Of a stretch of DNA of 64,000 nt, positions 9,211 through 16,897 are shown in pieces; within the stretch, counting starts at the first letter, position 1; each line of letters begins with the position of its first letter. The position numbers and the translations under genes were made by a program. The stretch lies in NCBI GenBank assembly GCA_963675745.2, contig CAXXWX010000026.1, positions 768,001 to 832,000 on the forward strand, written 5' to 3'. Under the pieces are notes generated by a model that saw nothing but the letters and a program-made list of their open reading frames with translations, made no database searches and was not told the DNA's origin. This DNA comes from Phycisphaerae bacterium. GTDB lineage: Bacteria > Planctomycetota > Phycisphaerae > UBA1845 > Fen-1342.

Positions 9211-10329
9211 ATGCATCATAGACGCACGATTCCACTGATCCTCCTGGTCGCGGTCGCGGTCGGCGGCTGCGACCGTCCCCCGCAAAAGCCGCAAACGCAC
9301 AACGGCCCCGTAACGGCCGACCAAAGCCCTGTAACGGCCGGCGCCCCGCCGGCCGCCGATGGTGCGCCACGCTGCGACACGCCAACACCCACCGGACACA
9401 CCGTCAAGCGCGCGCGCGAAGTCATGGGCACCTTCGCCGAGGTGACGGCGATCGCCCCGGACAAGGCGACCGCCGCTTCGGCCGTCGAGATCGCCTATCA
9501 GCGCATCGACGACGTCAACCGGTTGATGAGCGACTACGTTGACGACAGCGAGATCGGCCGGCTAAACCGCCTCGGCGCGGGCGAAGCGCTGGTAGTCTCG
9601 CCCGAGACTTTTCGATGTTTGCAGCGCGCGGCGGAGATCGCGGAGGCCAGCGGCGGGGCGTTTGACGCCACCTGCCGCCCACTGGTGCGGCTCTGGCGCC
9701 GCGCAGGCAAGGTACAACAGCTACCTTCAGCCGAGGACATCCGCGCCACGCTGCGGAAGGTCGGCTGGCAAAAAGTCAGGCTCGATCCAGCCACGCGCCG
9801 CGTGACCCTTGCTACCGAGGGGATGCAATTGGACGTCGGCGGCATCGCCAAGGGCTACGCCCTCGACCTGGCCGCCGAGGCGATGCTCTCCGCCGGCGCA
9901 ACCGGCGTACTGGTCAACATTGGCGGCGATTTGCGCGCGCTGGGCGGTCAGCCAGGAGATACGCCGTGGCGCATCGGCGTCAAGCACCCCTTCCAGACCG
10001 GGTTGTTCGGCAAGCTGGCCTTGAAGGACGGCGCCGTGGCCACGTCGGGGGTGCAACAGAGGTTCGTCGAGATTGACGGGCAACGCTACTCGCACGTGAT
10101 TGACCCGCGCACCGGGCAGCCGGCGGCCGAAGCCCCCAGCGTAACGGTCATCGCTCCTGACGGGATCACCGCCGATGCCTGGGCGACGGCGTTTAGCGTT
10201 CTGCCGGTGGCTGAGGCCCGTGAACTGGCTCAGCGCCTCGATGGTATTGAAGTGATGTGGATCTCAGGCACGGCCGCCGCGCCGATCGTCACACAGACAA
10301 GCGGTTTTGCCGCCTACGTCATCGAGTAG
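9211..10329 (+). CDS. apbE: FAD:protein FMN transferase (lipoprotein)
   Basis: Lipobox VGGC; MGT, SEI.RLN, GAFD.T, LDVGGIAKGYA.D, NIGGD, ATSG, YSHVIDPRTG and ADAWATA motifs. TACAAT lies 6 nt before the ATG. Confidence 0.92.
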   Translation: MHHRRTIPLILLVAVAVGGCDRPPQKPQTHNGPVTADQSPVTAGAPPAADGAPRCDTPTPTGHTVKRAREVMGTFAEVTAIAPDKATAASAVEIAYQRIDDVNRLMSDYVDDSEIGRLNRLGAGEALVVSPETFRCLQRAAEIAEASGGAFDATCRPLVRLWRRAGKVQQLPSAEDIRATLRKVGWQKVRLDPATRRVTLATEGMQLDVGGIAKGYALDLAAEAMLSAGATGVLVNIGGDLRALGGQPGDTPWRIGVKHPFQTGLFGKLALKDGAVATSGVQQRFVEIDGQRYSHVIDPRTGQPAAEAPSVTVIAPDGITADAWATAFSVLPVAEARELAQRLDGIEVMWISGTAAAPIVTQTSGFAAYVIE

Positions 10330-10362
10330 CGTCCGCCGCTACTTGAGATGTAGCGCCACTCG

Positions 10363-12156
10363 TCATGCGTAGCTGTGTACGCTGGCGATATAGAAATTCA
10401 CGAAGAACCAGTTGAAGGCCATCATCACACAGCCGGCGATCGAAAGCCATGCGGTCCACAAGCCTCGGTTGCGCACGACGAAGCGCACGTGCAGCAGAAT
10501 CGCGTACACGAGCCACGTGTTCAGCGCGAAGACTTCCTTTGGATCCCAGCCCCAGGGCCGACCCCACGAGTAGTCGGCCCACCACGCGCCCAGGATAATC
10601 CCGCCGACGAAGAGCAACAGAAAGACCATGTTGAGGATGATCAGATGCGCCCAGTCAAAATCGTTGAGCCACTGAGGCAGTGACTGGTCAGCTTCATCGC
10701 CCGGCGTGGCACCCGCCAGAATCGGACGCTGCTGCACAAACCCCAGCCCCATGCCGAGCCCGCTGCCGTCGTCGAGCCCCGTCCCCGCCTGTCGCTGAAA
10801 CTTGCGCCCGAGCATCACCGCGTAATACCCGATCAGGTAGATCACGGCGATGACGGCCGCCAGGTAGACCAGCGCGTAGGCCGCGATAATCATGACCGTG
10901 TGCAGCCGCAGTTGAATGTCGTCGAGAATGGCCGGGATGGTCCCGAGTTCGGCGCCGGGCAGCACGAAGCTGCCCATGACCAGGCCGAGAAAACCGGTTG
11001 CCGCCGCGGCGACCAGCAGGATGCGTGTCCGCTGGAAGATCTCGATCAAAAGGGCCACCGCGATGCCCATCCACGCCGACGCGACGACCGCCTCGAACAT
11101 GTTCGCGACGGGAATGCGCCCCAGAATGCTCCAGCGCAGCCCCACTCCATAGGCGTGGATCGACAGTGCGACGAGCATCAGCGCAAACGCCGTGCCCCAC
11201 GCCCAACGCCAGCGTGTTACCAGCGCGGGCAGCGCAAACAGCAGCGCCAGAAAGTACACCAGCCACCCCCAGGTGAATTTGCCGAACGAGTAGTACCGCG
11301 CCTCGGCCGCGCGTTGAGCGACGGACGGATACACTCCCGGCCCGGCCAACGTGGGCAGGAAAGCCGCCAGGCGATCCAGGTATTTTTGCGTGCCTGCCGC
11401 ATCACCGCCCAGCCAGGCCTTCTTGAGCAGTTTCCAGTCAACGGTTATGCGCAGCGCGTCGTCGGCGCTGAACTCCGGCATCGGGCTCATCGCGTGCGGC
11501 GAGATGGTGGCCCGCGTCAACCCGAGCTGCGCCATCTGTTCAAGCGTCAGATTGCCTTCGACCTGACCGGCGGTCCCCCACGGCGCGACGTCGTCACCGC
11601 CGGGCTGGGGCACGAAAGTCAGGAATTGGTCGAGACGCTGGGCGATGGCCTGGGCGCCGCGCACGCGGTTCAGCGCGCTGCGCATGATGTTGTGCGTCTC
11701 CATTTCGCGAATCTGCGCATTGAGACGCTCGTCATCGAATTCGCGGGGTGTGAAGTGGCGGCTTTCGAGCAGCTCCGCGCGCCGCTCGGCATCAAGGTGC
11801 CCCGCCAGCCGCATGCGCACGGCTTTCTCGCGGACCTTGATCAGCGGCTCGTCGGCATATGCGTCGCGGTTGAACTCCCATTCGAGCAGAGACGCCACCG
11901 GGCTCAGGCCGGGCAGATGCTCGCGCCCGGTCATCGCGGCGAACGACTCGCGCGCGAACGAATCCAGCGTCTTGTAGCGCCCGCGATCCTGCACCGCGAT
12001 CAAGCTCGCCGCCGACCAGTCGATCTGGTCGTCCAGGGCGGCCGCCCGGCCTGACGGTTCGAGCGGCTCGCTCTTGCCACACGAGACCAGCGGGAGCACC
12101 ACCAGCAATATCCCCAGCCGTGCAAAACGGGTTGTGAATGATGTCCGCGCTATCAC
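10363..12156 (-). CDS. ccsA: Cytochrome c synthase CcsA/ResC (System II) with a large N-terminal periplasmic domain
   Basis: WWD motif WADYSWGRPWGWDPKE, P.ANMFE, His in LRLH, LLHVR and C-terminal HSYA. GTG start overlaps the upstream stop (GTGA). N-terminal LVSC is lipobox-like. Confidence 0.9.
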   Translation of the reverse strand: MIARTSFTTRFARLGILLVVLPLVSCGKSEPLEPSGRAAALDDQIDWSAASLIAVQDRGRYKTLDSFARESFAAMTGREHLPGLSPVASLLEWEFNRDAYADEPLIKVREKAVRMRLAGHLDAERRAELLESRHFTPREFDDERLNAQIREMETHNIMRSALNRVRGAQAIAQRLDQFLTFVPQPGGDDVAPWGTAGQVEGNLTLEQMAQLGLTRATISPHAMSPMPEFSADDALRITVDWKLLKKAWLGGDAAGTQKYLDRLAAFLPTLAGPGVYPSVAQRAAEARYYSFGKFTWGWLVYFLALLFALPALVTRWRWAWGTAFALMLVALSIHAYGVGLRWSILGRIPVANMFEAVVASAWMGIAVALLIEIFQRTRILLVAAAATGFLGLVMGSFVLPGAELGTIPAILDDIQLRLHTVMIIAAYALVYLAAVIAVIYLIGYYAVMLGRKFQRQAGTGLDDGSGLGMGLGFVQQRPILAGATPGDEADQSLPQWLNDFDWAHLIILNMVFLLLFVGGIILGAWWADYSWGRPWGWDPKEVFALNTWLVYAILLHVRFVVRNRGLWTAWLSIAGCVMMAFNWFFVNFYIASVHSYA

Positions 12157-13841
12157 TTCGCAATACCTCGTGATTTCATGCGTCGTAGCATTACCGGCTT
12201 GACATAGAATGCATACAGGCAACCGATCGTGATCAGCACCCACCCGACGCTCATCGGCCAGATGCCCCGCCGGTTACCAACGCCCAGGACCGTGTAACTC
12301 CACCCGTCCTGCGCTGCTCCGCTCTGGTAGAGTGTCCAGCCACCAATCGTGCTGGTCTCGTTTGTGTAGGTCGTATCCGGCCGCGGTGTCGCATCCGGCC
12401 CCTCGGCCACGAGAAAGTCGCTGCGGTAGGACTCAACGCCGCGCATCCCCGGGAAATACGTCACGCTCAGCTTGATCGGTGCGAGTGTGAAGCCCAGGTC
12501 GTGTCGCTGGCGGGAATAGACCAGGCGCCACGGGGCGTCCTCTCCGGGAACATCGACGGTCAGCGCCTGCACATTCACGTCCGTGTAGTGGCTGAAGGGC
12601 AGCCAATGCGTCCGTGTCCAGTCGGCGTGGTCACCACGGCCGGTGAGCTTCAGGCGGATTGCCGAGAGAGCCCGCGCGCTGATGCTCGGCATGCGTCTTT
12701 CGATCGGCTCGATGATCGGCTCACGCTCGATCATGCCATCGGGCCCCACGACCGGCTCGCCGGAGCCATCGACGCGCGCGCCCATCTCGGCGATATACGG
12801 AACATAGCCGGTAATCTGCACGTCGAAGGGCAACCCCGCCGAGTCGACGTTGATCGGCATGCGCCAGCGTTCGAACCACCCCGTCGGGATGGTCAATCCC
12901 ATCAGGCTGAGCGCCGGCGAGCTGCGTTTGGAAGGCACGGGTTCACCACGCGTGTCGCGCAGCACAACCCCCTCGTCGGTGTAGCGCTCGCGGTGAATGG
13001 GCAGGCCGATGATCGGCTTGATGTGTTCGCCGCTGTCGCCGACTTTGCTGACATAGAGCGTGACCTCTTCGCGGTCAAAGAACTGGTCTTTGGTCGAGAA
13101 GGTCAACAGGCCGAGCTCGGCGCCGTTGGCCAGGCGTTGCCACGGCTGCCCATCAGTGAGCGTGACATCGCTGGGGGGATTCTGGCCGATGTGAACGCGG
13201 ACGCGCGCGGTCGCGACGGGAGTGAGTCCGTCGCCCTGGGTGTCCAGCACGGTAACGTGCATCGCGCCGCCCAGCCCCGGAAGAAACCGCGCCCACTCGT
13301 TGCCCGTCTCCGCCAGCAACTGCCCCACGTTCGTGGCTTTTCCGCGCGCCTGGGCACGAATGATAATCTGGGGCGAACGCAGCATCACGTCGCCTTCCAC
13401 CTTTGAGCCGAAGTACCAGCCGGCGCCGAGGATCAGCAGGATCATGCCGATGTGCGTCAGCAACCCGCCGGCATTGACCGCCTTCCAGCGCGAACGGTAA
13501 AACGTGACCAGCAGCATCGATATCAACAGCAGCGCGGATAGCAGTGCGAACAGCCAGTGTCTGAACGCCTGCATCTCGGTGACTTCGACCGCGCCACGCA
13601 CCTGGGGCAGCGCCGACATGATCGACGCGTACGCCAATACAAGAAACAGCAGCGCGATTCCGAACCAGAAGCTCGTGAACAGCCGAATGATTGGGTTGCG
13701 TATGCGTTGCGCGCGAGAGCGCGAGTCGCCGCTTACCGACTCTGATCGCGCGACCGGCTCCACCTCGGGCGGTTTCACCGGCGCGGTGCTCTGACCGGCG
13801 TCGCGCGCCTGTGTTAATTGCTCATGACCGATTGTGCCCAT
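12153..13841 (-). CDS. ccsB: ResB/CcsB-like cytochrome c biogenesis protein
   Basis: Three N-terminal TM helices with LLTHIG (TM histidine), a long periplasmic domain, SYRSD, WTLYQS and a C-terminal TM. Translationally coupled to ccsA; GGAG RBS. Confidence 0.8.
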   Translation of the reverse strand: MGTIGHEQLTQARDAGQSTAPVKPPEVEPVARSESVSGDSRSRAQRIRNPIIRLFTSFWFGIALLFLVLAYASIMSALPQVRGAVEVTEMQAFRHWLFALLSALLLISMLLVTFYRSRWKAVNAGGLLTHIGMILLILGAGWYFGSKVEGDVMLRSPQIIIRAQARGKATNVGQLLAETGNEWARFLPGLGGAMHVTVLDTQGDGLTPVATARVRVHIGQNPPSDVTLTDGQPWQRLANGAELGLLTFSTKDQFFDREEVTLYVSKVGDSGEHIKPIIGLPIHRERYTDEGVVLRDTRGEPVPSKRSSPALSLMGLTIPTGWFERWRMPINVDSAGLPFDVQITGYVPYIAEMGARVDGSGEPVVGPDGMIEREPIIEPIERRMPSISARALSAIRLKLTGRGDHADWTRTHWLPFSHYTDVNVQALTVDVPGEDAPWRLVYSRQRHDLGFTLAPIKLSVTYFPGMRGVESYRSDFLVAEGPDATPRPDTTYTNETSTIGGWTLYQSGAAQDGWSYTVLGVGNRRGIWPMSVGWVLITIGCLYAFYVKPVMLRRMKSRGIAK

Positions 13842-14023
13842 ATGTGCTCCACGCGCCCCGCTTGCGGCCCTGGAATACTCACAATTGCGCCACTATAGCG
13901 GAATGCGCCGTGTGTGACAGCCTCAGACCGGCACTCGGACCGGCCGGGCAATCAGGCCCAGATGTAATCAGGGGATTATACGTGCATCCGGCCGGCCGGC
14001 GCGCCGTCCACGCGCGCCGGTAC

Positions 14024-14070
14024 CAAACAAAGCGGGCCGGCCCGGAGCAATGATGACTTCCGGGCCGGCC
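14024..14070 (-). terminator. Intrinsic terminator after the octaheme cytochrome gene
   Basis: 12-bp stem GGCCGGCCCGGA/TCCGGGCCGGCC followed on the minus strand by CGCTTTGTTTG. Confidence 0.65.
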
Positions 14071-14103
14071 GTTGCTTATTCCACAGGTACTCGCCGTCGA
14101 CGG

Positions 14104-15714
14104 CTAACCGCCAAACGGATCGCCCTCGTATCCCAGGGCCTCAAAGAAGCCCGCCACGCCATGGCACTGCTCGCACTTAAGTGCGTCCGCGCCACTTACG
14201 ACCTCGTGGTTGATCGTCAGGTACGCAACGGTGTTTACGAAGCCATACGTGCCGCTGTAATCCTGGCCGGTGTATGCGGTGCCGTCCTGGATCGCCAGAT
14301 CCCAGTCGTACTTGACCCAATAGGGGTTTTCACCACCCTTGGTGCCGAACAGGTGCGGAACAACGACGCGCTGGTTAACAGTGTCAGCCGGCTGGTCCCC
14401 GATCATCTTCTTGAACGGGTATATCTTGGCGCCCTCGGTCTCGATGGTCGCCGTCGGCCGCGCCAGGACAACCGGGTCCGCGACGGTGCCGGCCTCGGTG
14501 TAAGTGTCGCTGACGCCGACGATCATGCGCTCCCACTTGCCGTCATACCACATGTATGTGGGTCGAACGCTCTTGGCCCAGACAAAGCTCCCCTTCTTCT
14601 TGTCGTAGGTCGCCTTGCCGTAGTCGTCGGTGGGAATCGGGTCGAGATCCTGACCGGCCTCTGACCAGTACCACTCAACCTTGGTCGGCATGCTGCGCGC
14701 GAACGTTGGGATGTGGCAGGTCTGGCACGCTACCGTCGCGCCATGGAAGTTCAGAACCGACGAAAGCAGGGCCGAGGCCGAGTGCGCCGCTTCTCCGTGA
14801 CAGCGGATACATGACGCGTCGCCTCCTCCTTCGGTAACCGAGTGCAGCGGCATGCCGGCGATGCCGTGATTCTCAGTGACGTGGCACTGCTGGCAGGCGA
14901 AGTTCATGCCCTCGGCAGCCATGTGCACGTCCATCGCCTCGGTGGGATCAGTCAGGTCGGAAGACAGGTCGCCATGTTTGACGTTGTCGCCGCCACCGGC
15001 GTAGAAATGGCAACTGCCGCAGTTCTGGCGCTGCGGGGCACCGACGTTGTAGGCCACGTCCTGCAACGCATCGGCCCCGACAACCGTCAGCTCGCCGTCA
15101 ATCATCAGCGCCGGCGGCCCACCGCCACCATCGGCCGTCGGATGCTTCTTGTACGTGTCCGTGGTATCGTGGCACACTAGGCAGTCGACGTTGTCAACGC
15201 TCGCGAAATCGAACGTATCGTCCTTCCAACCATAGCCGGGGTGGCACGCCGTGCAGCGGCCCTCGTTGGAGGGGACCGCGATGCAGAAGTTGTTGATCAG
15301 GTCGGCCTTGCCGTGCACCTCGCCTTCGACGCCGATGATGTTGGCCACCTCGCCCTGCCAGTTCCAGTGTCCGGTCTGGATCAGATCGCGGGCCGAGGCG
15401 GAGTGGCACACCAGGCAACTTTCGCCCACCCCCTGAAAGCCGTCGGGTATGATCTCAGTGAAGATCAACTCGTGTTTTGATTTGGCCGTGCCGTCGGTTC
15501 CATCCGTACCATCGGTGCCGTCTGTGCCGTCGGTACCATCCGTGCCGTCGGTGCCGTCGGTGCCGTCGCCCGGACCCACGTCATTTGGATCGGTGACATC
15601 CCCATCGCCGCCGTCCGTGGGGATACCGTCAATAGCCGGGCAACCGGCGAGATTCGCTGTCACCGCCACACCGAGCGCGGCCAGCATGACAAAACGCGCC
15701 ATCCGTGCTGACAT
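14104..15714 (-). CDS. Octaheme c-type cytochrome, tetrathionate reductase (OTR) family, lipoprotein
   Basis: 8 CxxCH (CLVCH, CTACH, CLVCH, CGSCH, CQQCH, CIRCH, CQTCH, CEQCH); HWNW, GK...INNFCI, GGGDNVKHGDL, DVHM, CQTCHIP and KIYPFK motifs; lipobox LAGC; AGGAG RBS. Confidence 0.88.
   Translation of the reverse strand: MSARMARFVMLAALGVAVTANLAGCPAIDGIPTDGGDGDVTDPNDVGPGDGTDGTDGTDGTDGTDGTDGTDGTDGTAKSKHELIFTEIIPDGFQGVGESCLVCHSASARDLIQTGHWNWQGEVANIIGVEGEVHGKADLINNFCIAVPSNEGRCTACHPGYGWKDDTFDFASVDNVDCLVCHDTTDTYKKHPTADGGGGPPALMIDGELTVVGADALQDVAYNVGAPQRQNCGSCHFYAGGGDNVKHGDLSSDLTDPTEAMDVHMAAEGMNFACQQCHVTENHGIAGMPLHSVTEGGGDASCIRCHGEAAHSASALLSSVLNFHGATVACQTCHIPTFARSMPTKVEWYWSEAGQDLDPIPTDDYGKATYDKKKGSFVWAKSVRPTYMWYDGKWERMIVGVSDTYTEAGTVADPVVLARPTATIETEGAKIYPFKKMIGDQPADTVNQRVVVPHLFGTKGGENPYWVKYDWDLAIQDGTAYTGQDYSGTYGFVNTVAYLTINHEVVSGADALKCEQCHGVAGFFEALGYEGDPFGG
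15487..15567 (-). repeat. Coding 9-nt tandem repeat x9 encoding (Asp-Gly-Thr)9
   Basis: Nine units such as ggtgccgtc/cgtaccatc that vary only at synonymous positions. Confidence 0.9.
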
Positions 15715-15857
15715 TGTCTGTGCTCTCCTGCATAGAGACGGGCGACGGCAGATCCCGCGCACCCGGTTGACCAATGATCCCAAACCACACGACGTCGCGA
15801 CGGCTCGCACCCCCGTGAGAAATTCATGTTGCGCCGCGAAATACACGACCTTTCGAT

Positions 15858-15929
15858 CGGGTATTATCCCCTACCGGCGCGCTTCAGACAATCCCCCCAC
15901 CGGGTAGTTTCTTCCCCTTTAAAGGGGAT
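15858..15929. promoter_or_regulatory. Putative LuxR/NarL-family operator array upstream of the octaheme gene
   Basis: Perfect palindrome TCCCCTTTAAAGGGGA (15913..15928), ATCCCC half-sites at 15866 and 15891, and CGGGTA at 15858 and 15901. Confidence 0.5.
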
Positions 15930-15953
15930 GGAAACCACGGCCTGAATGATGGA

Positions 15954-16601
15954 CTATGCGGGATGATTGCGGGCGGCATAGCTTACCGCTTCGGCCCGCG
16001 AGTTTAGCTGGAGCTTGCGATAGACGCCCTTGAGATGCGAACGCACCGTAGACGGAGAAATGCCCAGTTCCTCACCGATCTCATCGTTGCCCAGCCCGCG
16101 TCCCACCAGACGCAGCACTCGCATTTCCTGCTGCGTAAGGTTCGCCACCGGCTCGGCACGCATCTGCCCGGCCGTCAATGTCAGCAGCCGGTTTGCAACC
16201 TCCTCGGACAACTCGACTTGCACCGCTCGTTCCGCGGTCACATCGCAAAAGAGCAGCGCGCGACCGACCTCGTCGCCATGCCGATCGACGTAGCGCGTCG
16301 CGTTTACTTTCAGCGACAGGTTTTCCGGCCATGTTACTCCGACGTCGGCGAGCACGTTCCCGTTGGTCGCCGCGCTGTCTTGCCAGAACGCCAGAAGCTG
16401 CAAGTCTCGCAGCAGGCCACCCAATTGCCGGCCGAGTGCGTCGGCGGCGCTGGTGCCAAGCACGCGCTCGGCAGCGCGGTTCAGCCAGATGACCCGCTCA
16501 CGGGGATCTGTCAGCACCAACCCAACGCACAAGCCCGAGAGAGCCTGTGTGACGATGCAGTCTTGCAGGCAGTCCTTGTAGTCTTGTTCCAAACGGTGCA
16601 T
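15954..16601 (-). CDS. PAS-domain LuxR-family transcriptional regulator
   Basis: PAS pattern (LTD..ERVIWLN.AAE.VLG) and C-terminal HTH LTQQEMRVL.LV..GLGN.EI..ELGIS.STVRSHL..VYRKL...SR.EAV. Confidence 0.88.
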   Translation of the reverse strand: MHRLEQDYKDCLQDCIVTQALSGLCVGLVLTDPRERVIWLNRAAERVLGTSAADALGRQLGGLLRDLQLLAFWQDSAATNGNVLADVGVTWPENLSLKVNATRYVDRHGDEVGRALLFCDVTAERAVQVELSEEVANRLLTLTAGQMRAEPVANLTQQEMRVLRLVGRGLGNDEIGEELGISPSTVRSHLKGVYRKLQLNSRAEAVSYAARNHPA

Positions 16602-16897
16602 TCGCTACTCCAGGGCACTGCCCCCGGCGGCCGCCAGCCCGCAGCCGGTTCGGCACACCAGGAATGTCCACGACCCGGCATTTCACATTCTAGCCCGATC
16701 AGGTGTCTCGGCACAGACATCAGTCGACGAGCCGCCTGTCAGCAGCGCGGCCCATGCGGAATAGGGCACATGCGAATTGCAATCACGCCGCGCGTCCCTA
16801 GAATGCGGCGAGCTTGGCCGAATGCGGCACCGATCATCAAACGCACACCACCAATACCGGTGGCAACGCCGATAAGAGTAACTGCGCGAGCCCACTC

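Noticed and set aside
15487..15567. 9-nt tandem repeat as a phase-variation or CRISPR-like element
   Set aside because: It is in frame, coding and synonymously diverged, so it is a protein linker.
14104..15714. Hydroxylamine oxidoreductase or hydrazine dehydrogenase (anammox marker)
   Set aside because: The motif pattern (INNFC, GGGDNVKHGDL, last heme at the extreme C-terminus) fits the OTR family rather than HAO.
16849..16875. GCCGATAA as a sigma-28 promoter for the cytochrome operon
   Set aside because: The -10 matches, but there is no TAAA-like -35 at the correct spacing.
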